From positions 1-64,000 of the IMG/VR virus record IMGVR_UViG_3300023179_003528: a stretch of DNA of 64,000 nucleotides; one strand, given 5' to 3'. This document shows, piece by piece, positions 28,466 to 36,902 of the stretch (within the stretch, counting starts at the first letter, position 1; every line of letters starts with the position of its first letter). The notes under the pieces were generated by a model. It was given only the letters and a program-made list of their open reading frames with translations, was not told the DNA's origin and did not search any database. The stretch is from a virus. The position numbers and the translations under genes are program-made.

Positions 28466-29545
28466 ATGTCAGAAAAATTATCAGCTAACCGCACTGTTAC
28501 TCCTAACGAAGCCAAGCGTTCGCTTCGTAAGTGTATTAAAATTCAACGCCCTGTGTTTATGTGGGGTCCTCCAGGTATTGGCAAATCAGATATCGTTAAA
28601 CAAATTGGCCAAGAATTCAATCGCGAAGTTATTGATGTTCGTTTAAGTTTATGGGAGCCCACAGACATCAAGGGTATTCCATATTATAACAGCCAAGCCA
28701 ACACAATGAGTTGGGCACCACCTGCAGAACTGCCCACTGACCCAGAATCTAGTGCTATTCTGTTCCTTGATGAGCTTAATTCTGCGGCTCCTGCTACACA
28801 GGCAGCGGCTTACCAACTTATTTTAAATCGTCGTGTAGGTACTTATGTTCTTCCAAAAGGTGTAGCAATCATTGCCGCGGGCAATCGCGAAACTGACAAA
28901 GGTGTTACCTATAGAATGCCTTCTCCGTTGGCCAATCGTTTTGTACATTTAGAGCTGCGTACTGACTACGACGATTGGTTACAATGGGCTACTAATAACC
29001 GCTTGCATGAACAGGTTGTAGGCTACGTTGGTTTTGCCAAACAAGATCTCTACGACTTCGATCCACGTTCTTCAAGTCGATCATTTGCTACTCCCCGATC
29101 ATGGAGTTTTGTCAGTGACCTTTTGCACGACGACGATTTAGATGAAGGCACACTCACAGATTTGGTTGCTGGTGCCGTAGGTGAAGGTCTGGCTGTTAAA
29201 TTTATGGCACATCGTAAAGTATCTAAACAGATGCCTAAACCAGAAGAAATTCTTGTAGGTAAAGTTAAGAAATGCGAGATTAAAGAAATCTCTGCTATGT
29301 ATTCATTGACTGTTTCTCTCTGTTACGAGCTTCAAACCGCACATCAAAAGAAATCCAAGAACTGGGACGAAATGGCTGACTACTTCTTTGAATTTATGAT
29401 GGATTGTTTTCCAACAGAGTTAGTGGTTATGGGTGCCAAAGTTGCCCTTACTAGCTATCAGTTGCCCTTTGATGCCAGCAAACTCAAGAACTTTGATAGG
29501 TTCCACGAGAAGTATGGTAAGTTCATTATCCAGGCAATGGAATAA
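28466..29545 (+). CDS. MoxR-like AAA+ ATPase
   Basis: GPPGIGKS Walker A, LFLDE Walker B, AAGN sensor, LANRF, TPRSW. Confidence 0.9.
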   Translation: MSEKLSANRTVTPNEAKRSLRKCIKIQRPVFMWGPPGIGKSDIVKQIGQEFNREVIDVRLSLWEPTDIKGIPYYNSQANTMSWAPPAELPTDPESSAILFLDELNSAAPATQAAAYQLILNRRVGTYVLPKGVAIIAAGNRETDKGVTYRMPSPLANRFVHLELRTDYDDWLQWATNNRLHEQVVGYVGFAKQDLYDFDPRSSSRSFATPRSWSFVSDLLHDDDLDEGTLTDLVAGAVGEGLAVKFMAHRKVSKQMPKPEEILVGKVKKCEIKEISAMYSLTVSLCYELQTAHQKKSKNWDEMADYFFEFMMDCFPTELVVMGAKVALTSYQLPFDASKLKNFDRFHEKYGKFIIQAME

Positions 29546-29570
29546 AAAAAGGCCCATTAGGGCCTTTTTT
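29545..29570. terminator. Bidirectional intrinsic terminator
   Basis: AAAAAAGGCCC-ATTA-GGGCCTTTTTT. Confidence 0.9.
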
Positions 29571-29571
29571 A

Positions 29572-29600
29572 TTGACAATTGTATGTTTAGACTGTATAAT
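29572..29600 (+). promoter_or_regulatory. Consensus sigma70 promoter
   Basis: TTGACA, 17 nt, TATAAT; AAGGAG SD downstream. Confidence 0.9.
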
Positions 29601-29629
29601 AGATATATAATGTTAACAAGGAGTGCAAA

Positions 29630-30865
29630 ATGGCTGTAATGAAGTCTGAAAAAACTAGTAAGATTGAGGCACGTGAATTTAGTCAATCTGAGAAAAATAA
29701 AATAGTTGAAAAGCTGGTAACCGCTCGAATCGGTCTGCTACTGCGTCATCCGTTTTTTGGCAATCTTGCCACACGTATGAAACTAATTGATGCTACAAAT
29801 TGGTGTCCTACATTGGCCACAGATGGTCGTAATTTTTACTATAATAATGATTTCGTAAATAAACTGACTCCTAAACAGGCCGAGTTTGGATTCGCACACG
29901 AAGTTCTACACAACATATTTGACCATATTGGTCGTAGAGAAAACCGCGACCCGCAACTCAGTAACATTGCCGCAGATTTTGCAGTCAATCAAATCCTAAA
30001 AGATGAACGTATCGGCGAAGTACCAGATTGGATCAAAATTTTCCAAGACAACAGATACCGTGGCATGAGCTATGAGGAAATCTATTCGGACCTTGAAAGC
30101 CGCGCCTGTAAAATAAATATTGGTTCTCTAGGAGAACTGTTAGATGAGCACCTAGACGGTGAAGGCGACGGTGAAGGTGGTGATGAAGATGGTAAGGGTC
30201 GTCCTAAACTTACTCCAGATGAAAAGAAAGCCATACGAGATGAAATCAAAGAGGCCATGATAGCGGCTGCACAGGCCGCTGGCGCAGGAAAAGTGCCTGC
30301 GGGAATCGCCCGTCTTATCAAAGACTTTACTGAACCTAAAATGGATTGGCGCCAATTGCTGCGTATGAATATTCAAAGTATTATCAAAAGTAACTACAGT
30401 TTTAGCCGCCCGAATCGTAAAAGCCAGCATTGCGGTGCCATATTACCAGGTCTATTAAATGAAGAAACCATTGACGTATCAGTTGCGATTGATATGAGTG
30501 GCAGTATTTCAGATTCACAGGCCAAGGACTTTATCAGTGAAGTAAAGGGTATCATGGAGGAATACAAAGACTTCAATTTAGATCTCTGGTGCTTTGATAC
30601 TGAGGTTTATAATTATGCCAAATTCACCGGTAATACTGCTGACGATATCATGTCATACCAAATTAAAGGTGGCGGTGGTACACTGTTCGAAGCAAATTGG
30701 GAATTTATGAAAGAAGAGGGCATTGAGCCAAAACGTTTTATTATGTTCACAGACGGCTATCCTGGAGGCTCTTGGGGCGATGAGGACTATTGCGAAACCC
30801 TGTTTGTAATTCATGGTAACGAAACCATAATTGCACCGTTTGGCCAGACTGCCTACTATAAATAA
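29630..30865 (+). CDS. Metallopeptidase-like + VWA domain protein (MoxR partner)
   Basis: ATDG, HEVLH (HExxH), DMSGS MIDAS, GGGGT, FTDG. Confidence 0.88.
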   Translation: MAVMKSEKTSKIEAREFSQSEKNKIVEKLVTARIGLLLRHPFFGNLATRMKLIDATNWCPTLATDGRNFYYNNDFVNKLTPKQAEFGFAHEVLHNIFDHIGRRENRDPQLSNIAADFAVNQILKDERIGEVPDWIKIFQDNRYRGMSYEEIYSDLESRACKINIGSLGELLDEHLDGEGDGEGGDEDGKGRPKLTPDEKKAIRDEIKEAMIAAAQAAGAGKVPAGIARLIKDFTEPKMDWRQLLRMNIQSIIKSNYSFSRPNRKSQHCGAILPGLLNEETIDVSVAIDMSGSISDSQAKDFISEVKGIMEEYKDFNLDLWCFDTEVYNYAKFTGNTADDIMSYQIKGGGGTLFEANWEFMKEEGIEPKRFIMFTDGYPGGSWGDEDYCETLFVIHGNETIIAPFGQTAYYK

Positions 30866-30877
30866 ACTTAGTAGATA

Positions 30878-31171
30878 ATGTCTTTAAGTAGAGGTGAACT
30901 TAATCCGTTGGGTGTTTTGGGACAAAGAAAGTTAACTTTCATTCCAAAACACTTTGTTAAAATATCTATTCCTATATATTTTTCTATTGAAATAGATAAT
31001 TGGATTAACTACAACCTTAATGGAAGATATGCTATTAAACATAAACTAGTTATAGATCAATCTAACAAACTAATTGAAACATTAGAAATCGGACTAGAAG
31101 ATCCTATGGAACTTACCATGTTCACATTAGGATGCCCATATTTACATGAAAAAGGAAAGGATTTATTTTAA
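30878..31171 (+). CDS. Hypothetical protein
   Basis: 97 aa; TAAATA 30859-30864 upstream. Confidence 0.7.
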   Translation: MSLSRGELNPLGVLGQRKLTFIPKHFVKISIPIYFSIEIDNWINYNLNGRYAIKHKLVIDQSNKLIETLEIGLEDPMELTMFTLGCPYLHEKGKDLF

Positions 31172-31368
31172 TGGAAAATCAAACTGCTCAACCAGAACTT
31201 AGCCTCACTGATCTTGCCAATATTAGATCAATTATTGATACTGCCTCACGCAGAGGCGCATTTCATGCCGCCGAAATGAGTGCTGTAGGTTCCGTATTTG
31301 ATAGGCTCAATAACTTCTTAACTGCGGTTACACCTAAACCATCAGAAGAAGCAGCACCACAAGAATAA
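31171..31368 (+). CDS. Hypothetical protein
   Basis: 65 aa, TAATG coupling; IIDTASRRGAF motif. Confidence 0.7.
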   Translation: MENQTAQPELSLTDLANIRSIIDTASRRGAFHAAEMSAVGSVFDRLNNFLTAVTPKPSEEAAPQE

Positions 31369-31378
31369 GGAATATAAA

Positions 31379-32026
31379 ATGAAGCATGTAGGTAAGATGA
31401 AAAACAACGGAGCAAAAATAGTCATTGTATATAGGACTATCCCTGGCGATTCTAACAGTGCTCTGGTAGTTGGCACCAATGGTTTAGGTGAAAGTTATCA
31501 CGATGCTCTTATGAGTTTAATACAAGATTCAGCAGGACAAAATGCACATGAGTTAGCAGATATTCTATCTGTAAGATCTTTCCCAGATGGTTCTAATATG
31601 TTGCAATTTTTGCACACAAGAGGACATCTTAAAAAGGTTCCTACAAATGGTGTTTTGGTTACTCCTACACCAAATGACAGCATACCACTGAGCGAACTCA
31701 ATATTCTAATTGCAGAACAAAAAGGCATTACAGTAGATGAACTGGCAGTAACCGACGGTTCAAAATCCAAAAAGAAAAAAGACGATGTAACAAAAACTAC
31801 TTCATCTAGTGTATCAGGTGAAGACTATCACGAAGAACTGCCTGTAGACGTCAAACCTACAGATGTTAAGGTTACTTCGGATATAGATACACCTGTTACT
31901 GCTTCTGCTCTACGTACAATGGCAGATAAACTGTTTAAAGAAGCACAGGCATTAAGGAAAAAAGCTGAGGAAATGGAACCTTCTATAAAGAAAGAACGAT
32001 CAACAAAAACAGCCAAGGTATCTTAA
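31379..32026 (+). CDS. Hypothetical protein
   Basis: 215 aa, MKHVG start, AAGGA SD. Confidence 0.75.
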   Translation: MKHVGKMKNNGAKIVIVYRTIPGDSNSALVVGTNGLGESYHDALMSLIQDSAGQNAHELADILSVRSFPDGSNMLQFLHTRGHLKKVPTNGVLVTPTPNDSIPLSELNILIAEQKGITVDELAVTDGSKSKKKKDDVTKTTSSSVSGEDYHEELPVDVKPTDVKVTSDIDTPVTASALRTMADKLFKEAQALRKKAEEMEPSIKKERSTKTAKVS

Positions 32027-32211
32027 TGAATTTTAAAGTAGGCGACCGGGTAGTTAAAGTATCTGGTTATACTTGGCCTGGTGTGGTAGTCAGTGTGTTT
32101 GATACACTGAAAGGTGAACGAAGAGTTGTTGTAGAATGTACCGTAGCAGAAGTAGCAGGCGCACTTCATATCTATAATGAAAATCAACTAAAACTGTCAG
32201 ACAATGACTGA
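32026..32211 (+). CDS. DfrB/R67-like (type II DHFR, SH3-like fold) protein
   Basis: F..GDRV.K.SG..W.G.VV...T...VE...G.LHIY....L matches the R67 DHFR core pattern; overlaps thyA start. Confidence 0.7.
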   Translation: MNFKVGDRVVKVSGYTWPGVVVSVFDTLKGERRVVVECTVAEVAGALHIYNENQLKLSDND

Positions 32212-33085
32212 ACAATCATATCTAAATACACTTCAAGATATTTTAGATAATGGTGAATATAGACCTGACAGAACAGGGATAGGAACCATTTCAAAATTTG
32301 GTTTAAATATGAAGTTTGACTTAACCAAAGGATTTCCTGCGATCACAACAAAGAAATTGGCTTGGCTAAGTGTGGTAAGCGAATTACTTTGGTTCATTGA
32401 AGGCAGCGGAGATGAATATAGGCTAAAAGAAATACTATATGGAGAACGGTATGATAGCCGTAAAACCATATGGACTGATAATGCTACTGCACCTTATTGG
32501 ACGTCTAGAAAAGTTGCAAGACATGCAGGAGACCTAGGTAGAATATACGGTGTTCAATGGCGTAGATGGCGTAAGCCACTAATCAGAGTCAATAAGGTTA
32601 TATTAGCCAACCATGATCAACTATTAGATCTAGTGGATGGGATTAAAAAAGATCCTTATAGTAGAAGACATATTATCACAGCGTGGAACCCAGGTGAACT
32701 TGAATTAATGGCTTTACCACCTTGCCACATGATGGCACAATTTTATGTTACAAACGATAAAAAATTAAGTTGTCAGATGTATCAGCGTAGTGCGGATATG
32801 TTTCTGGGGGTGCCATTTAACATCGCTAGTTATGCCTTGTTTACACATATGCTTGCTCAAACATGTAATCTCGACGTAGGGGAATTAACTATCGCTCTAG
32901 GGGACGCTCACATTTACACTAATCATATAGATCAAGTAAAAGAACAACTACTTAGACAACCTTTAGATATGCCAAAACTTGAATTGAATTCGGATGTAAA
33001 AGATATAACTAAGTTTACAATGAAAGATATATCTTTAGTAAATTACAAACACCATGACGCCATAAAAGCAGATATGGCTGTTTGA
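32204..33085 (+). CDS. thyA: Thymidylate synthase
   Basis: DRTG.GT, ELLWF, YGVQWR, MALPPCH, YQRSADMFLGVPFN, GDAHIY.NH. Confidence 0.97.
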   Translation: MTEQSYLNTLQDILDNGEYRPDRTGIGTISKFGLNMKFDLTKGFPAITTKKLAWLSVVSELLWFIEGSGDEYRLKEILYGERYDSRKTIWTDNATAPYWTSRKVARHAGDLGRIYGVQWRRWRKPLIRVNKVILANHDQLLDLVDGIKKDPYSRRHIITAWNPGELELMALPPCHMMAQFYVTNDKKLSCQMYQRSADMFLGVPFNIASYALFTHMLAQTCNLDVGELTIALGDAHIYTNHIDQVKEQLLRQPLDMPKLELNSDVKDITKFTMKDISLVNYKHHDAIKADMAV

Positions 33086-33853
33086 TTACCAAAAATGTGC
33101 CCCTAAATTTATTTTTCTCCAACTATTAGTGGCGGTGCATACATACAAAAATCCACCGTCCCAAACCATAGTTCCCTTTTTTCCTGTAGAGTTCGATGCT
33201 GTAGGAACAGTAACATCTAACCCAAATTGAACACTACCGCTAATCTGAATATTACCTAAAATATTCAATCCGGCTACAGTTTGCGTGGTGTGGTCAGTAA
33301 TATAATTATAGGCAGAACTATCACTTACGTTAAAAGATTCGTGAGTAATATAACCTATAACATTGTCGTAATTCTTTATTAAGGTTACGTCTCTAGGATC
33401 ATCATCTATGTCATTAATTACAGTAGAGGGCAAAACCCAACCATTTTCACCAACTTCTGCAGGAAATGCTGGTCCGACAAGATAGACAACTCCATCATAA
33501 TAAGTTTTTAATTGTTCATCGGTTGTATCCCACCACAGATCCCCAGAATTCAAATTATCAGGCTCTTGATCTGCGGTAATAGCTCCGGCAACAGGTTTAA
33601 ATGATCCATCATATACCTTTAATCTCTGTGCTGTGGTATCATACCAAAGTTGTCCTGTTAATGGATTTTGAGGAGGGTTGTTAGTGGACGAAGCATTATT
33701 AGCCAATAATTTTATAAGATTATTATTATAAATCTCTCCGTATCCACTATAATTTTTACCAACCAAAGTCAAACTAGTAGATAATTTATCAATAGTTTTG
33801 TCTGCCAATGTTACTAAAATTGTTCCATCTGTGTTTAGTATGGTATAAGCCAT
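33086..33853 (-). CDS. Tail/baseplate structural protein
   Basis: TSLTLVGKNYSGYGE and GQLWYDT/GDLWWDT repeats typical of jumbo-phage fibre N-termini. Confidence 0.8.
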   Translation of the reverse strand: MAYTILNTDGTILVTLADKTIDKLSTSLTLVGKNYSGYGEIYNNNLIKLLANNASSTNNPPQNPLTGQLWYDTTAQRLKVYDGSFKPVAGAITADQEPDNLNSGDLWWDTTDEQLKTYYDGVVYLVGPAFPAEVGENGWVLPSTVINDIDDDPRDVTLIKNYDNVIGYITHESFNVSDSSAYNYITDHTTQTVAGLNILGNIQISGSVQFGLDVTVPTASNSTGKKGTMVWDGGFLYVCTATNSWRKINLGAHFW

Positions 33854-33854
33854 A

Positions 33855-35321
33855 TTATTCTACCTTAATTATGTAATAGGTTACTTTAGATCCAATGTTA
33901 AAATATAGGTTAGGTAAACTAAACAATGGATCGACTCCACCGTAATAAGTTCCTATTACATTAAACAAATCAGGATAATTGGTTTTGTTTAAAACTGCAC
34001 CTGTACATACCATCCATCCATCCGGTATAGCATTTGTCACTGTAGATCCCGCAAATAATTGTAATGTGCCTGTACTGGAATAATAATTGCGGGCATATAC
34101 ATTTCTGGCATGTATATCTCCAAATGGCTGAGATTTTGTTCCTATGCTATTTGTAGACGTTGTGGCTCTTACGTTATTAACAAACAATGTATTAGAACTA
34201 GTAGTAATACCTGTTAAACTTACTGCTCCACTTACACTCACTCTCCCTGTTAACGTAGTTTCACCAGTAACAGTCAACGAACCTAGTGTTGCAGCACTTG
34301 TTACAGTAAAGTTTCCTGTTACCTTAGTATTCTTTTTTAGATTAATTTGTGTAAGATCTACATCAACTATTGGGTTCGAATCACCTAATAATTTAACTAA
34401 AAATTTACCACTTGCTTTGTTATTATAAACAACTGCATCATCTGAATCTTTGTAAAATTGAACATATTCAGTTGTAGGTGTGCCATCAATTCTTATTACA
34501 ACACCATCTCTACCTTTTGCCGCTGTTTGGTTTGATGGCGTATTATAAATGATACTGCCAGTTATTAACTGTCCATTAGCCGTACTATCATTTTTTCTAA
34601 GATAACTTGTAGCAGCGAATTCTCCCAACTTATCTGCATTAGTTGCTGTGCCTTGAAATTTCGCCACAGTTCCAACGACACCAAATGAGGATGTAGATAA
34701 ATTTACACCTGGTTTGATGCTGTCAAAACCTTCATAAACAGGCAAATAAGAATTTATTGTAGCAGTAGATGTTATAGAAATTACATTACCATCTGCCCAC
34801 GTAAACACACAATCATGTTTTATAGATGTATCACTAGCGTCGGTAATTTCCTCAACTGTAACACCAGATTGTTCTGCTCCTCCCGATGACGGTCCTACCG
34901 TAATCCAATTATTATTGCTAAACAATTTAATTTGATTATATGCAGTATCAATCCATAAGTCACCGTCTTTCAATGCCTCAGCGCCGTATATTCGTGGATC
35001 AGTTCCTTGCTGATATAACCCTGTAGCAGATGGCCAACGAGTCAACGTCGATGAGCCATCCATAATTCTTAGAACTTTACGATTAGGATTGCTAGTATCA
35101 TACCATAATTGTCCTTGTATAGGATTTTCAGGCGGTATTGGTCCAGCAAAGTTTTCTAGTAAACTTAAAAAATTCTGAGCATATTTCTCACCGTAGTTAG
35201 GATAACCTCTACCTAACAGGCTTAAACTTGTATCAACTGTGTTAATGCCCGGAGGCATTGGTGGAACAACTACTGTAGAAGTATTTGTAGGATCCGAAAA
35301 TCTAAGAGTATATCCTGACAT
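33855..35321 (-). CDS. Tail fibre protein with tail-collar domain
   Basis: Same N-terminal module as neighbour; C-terminal IPDGWMVCTG...YPDLFNVIGTYYGG...F.LP collar motif. Confidence 0.85.
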   Translation of the reverse strand: MSGYTLRFSDPTNTSTVVVPPMPPGINTVDTSLSLLGRGYPNYGEKYAQNFLSLLENFAGPIPPENPIQGQLWYDTSNPNRKVLRIMDGSSTLTRWPSATGLYQQGTDPRIYGAEALKDGDLWIDTAYNQIKLFSNNNWITVGPSSGGAEQSGVTVEEITDASDTSIKHDCVFTWADGNVISITSTATINSYLPVYEGFDSIKPGVNLSTSSFGVVGTVAKFQGTATNADKLGEFAATSYLRKNDSTANGQLITGSIIYNTPSNQTAAKGRDGVVIRIDGTPTTEYVQFYKDSDDAVVYNNKASGKFLVKLLGDSNPIVDVDLTQINLKKNTKVTGNFTVTSAATLGSLTVTGETTLTGRVSVSGAVSLTGITTSSNTLFVNNVRATTSTNSIGTKSQPFGDIHARNVYARNYYSSTGTLQLFAGSTVTNAIPDGWMVCTGAVLNKTNYPDLFNVIGTYYGGVDPLFSLPNLYFNIGSKVTYYIIKVE

Positions 35322-35323
35322 AA

Positions 35324-35986
35324 TTACATTCCATCAGTTAGACTCTGTATTCTAACTGTATAATCAATCTGTATCATTCTGTTCAGAGATTTTTGAACAG
35401 GATGAAAAATTACATGTGTTAACAAATCTCCTTGGCCTTCTCCGTCTGGACTATAAGAACGTAAACCTAACTCGTCAAAAACATATGTTCCTTCTGAGTT
35501 GGTAGCATTATCAAATGCCGCCTGCCCTGCTGGTTCTCCAAAATCTAATAGACAACTTACTAGAATATCACTGTAGGTAGTGCCTAATACGTGTCTTACT
35601 TCCATAAAATTTCTAGCAGGATCTATACTACTAGACTGCTTTGCATCTACGACTTTGTAATAAGTTTCATTATAAAGCGCACTATTTAGACCAACAGTGT
35701 TTGGTGTTAGATAGGTAATTATTCCAGTTTCGTCAACTCTTGTTCCACCATTACCAAAAACCATTTCACTAATAGTGCCGAAACCTTGATTACTTATACT
35801 CCTCGCCAGGGCCAAACTAAAGTTCTCATAATGAATAGCATTACGCTTATCTATGAACACTTCTTTTGTCATAGGATCAAATATCTTAATATGACCTTGA
35901 ATCCTAACTGAACCTTGCTCGTTAGGCTTCTTTTCTTGTTGATTTTGCACAGTATTAGACTGGTTTTTGTTGTCTTTATTATTCAT
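35324..35986 (-). CDS. Virion structural protein (baseplate/fibre attachment)
   Basis: GHIKIFDP, NAIHYEN, FDELGL, HVIFHPVQKSLNR..IDYTVRI; start at second ATG, 5 nt after TAAATA. Confidence 0.75.
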   Translation of the reverse strand: MNNKDNKNQSNTVQNQQEKKPNEQGSVRIQGHIKIFDPMTKEVFIDKRNAIHYENFSLALARSISNQGFGTISEMVFGNGGTRVDETGIITYLTPNTVGLNSALYNETYYKVVDAKQSSSIDPARNFMEVRHVLGTTYSDILVSCLLDFGEPAGQAAFDNATNSEGTYVFDELGLRSYSPDGEGQGDLLTHVIFHPVQKSLNRMIQIDYTVRIQSLTDGM

Positions 35987-36007
35987 CATAATATTTATTC
36001 CGCTATA

Positions 36008-36901
36008 TCAAGGCCATGTTAGGTCAAAGGGTGCCCTGCCCCATAGGTTAACACCAACACAGACATAGAGATATCCAGTGTCATAGGCTATTTCACCTAC
36101 AGATCCGTTACTACTGGGAGACAACGGCACAGCAGAAACTACCAAGGTGTTAGGTCCAGTAGCACCTGTAGCACCTGCACCTGTTGGTCCCTGTGGCCCT
36201 GTGGCCCCTGTGACCCCTATAGGCCCCTGTGGCCCGCTAGGTCCTTGTGGTCCTGTTATACCAATTGGTCCGCTAGGTCCTTGTGGTCCTGTTATACCAA
36301 TTGGTCCGCTAGGTCCTTGTGGTCCTGTTGCTCCAGTAGGCCCTTGTGGACCGGTTGGGCCACGAAAACCCGGAAGACCTTGAGACCCTGTTGGACCATC
36401 TACACCGCTAGGTCCACTGGGTCCTTGTGGTCCAGTTGCCCCTGTAGATCCTTGTGGTCCTTGAGGTCCTTGTGGTCCACCGCTGGGTCCTGTGGGTCCA
36501 GTTATACCAATTGCGCCGCTAGGCCCGCTTGGTCCTTGAGGTCCTGTGGCGCCAGTGGCGCCTGTGGCTCCCGACCCTGTAGCACCAATTGATCCGCTTG
36601 GTCCCTGAGGTCCTGTGGATCCTGTAGATCCAGGTACGCCATATCCAATAGGTCCTTGAGGTCCGCTAGGTCCTTGTGGACCGGCTACATTACTGGCAGC
36701 ACCAGTAGCTCCTGGCGCACCGGTAGCTCCTGTCTGACCTGTTATGCCAGTTGGACCCGTTGCACCCATGAAATCATTGCCCTGTATCTGATTAATAAGA
36801 GTTTGAAATCTAATTCTCTTAGCTAAACCATAATCAGATACAACAAAAAATGTTTCGTTGGTAGCGGTATTCAGTAATTGTATTTGCGATATTTTTGGCA
36901 T
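36008..36901 (-). CDS. Collagen-like fibre protein
   Basis: Roughly 200 aa of G-X-Y triplets (GPTG, GATG, GPQGPSG). Confidence 0.9.
   Translation of the reverse strand: MPKISQIQLLNTATNETFFVVSDYGLAKRIRFQTLINQIQGNDFMGATGPTGITGQTGATGAPGATGAASNVAGPQGPSGPQGPIGYGVPGSTGSTGPQGPSGSIGATGSGATGATGATGPQGPSGPSGAIGITGPTGPSGGPQGPQGPQGSTGATGPQGPSGPSGVDGPTGSQGLPGFRGPTGPQGPTGATGPQGPSGPIGITGPQGPSGPIGITGPQGPSGPQGPIGVTGATGPQGPTGAGATGATGPNTLVVSAVPLSPSSNGSVGEIAYDTGYLYVCVGVNLWGRAPFDLTWP
36234..36329. repeat. 36-bp tandem repeat inside collagen gene
   Basis: CCGCTAGGTCCTTGTGGTCCTGTTATACCAATTGGT twice exactly plus a partial third copy. Confidence 0.85.
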
Positions 36902-36902
36902 A

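Noticed and set aside
36147-36592. Plus-strand repetitive ORFs and a CRISPR-like appearance
   Set aside because: Antisense shadows of the collagen G-X-Y gene; repeats are contiguous with no unique spacers
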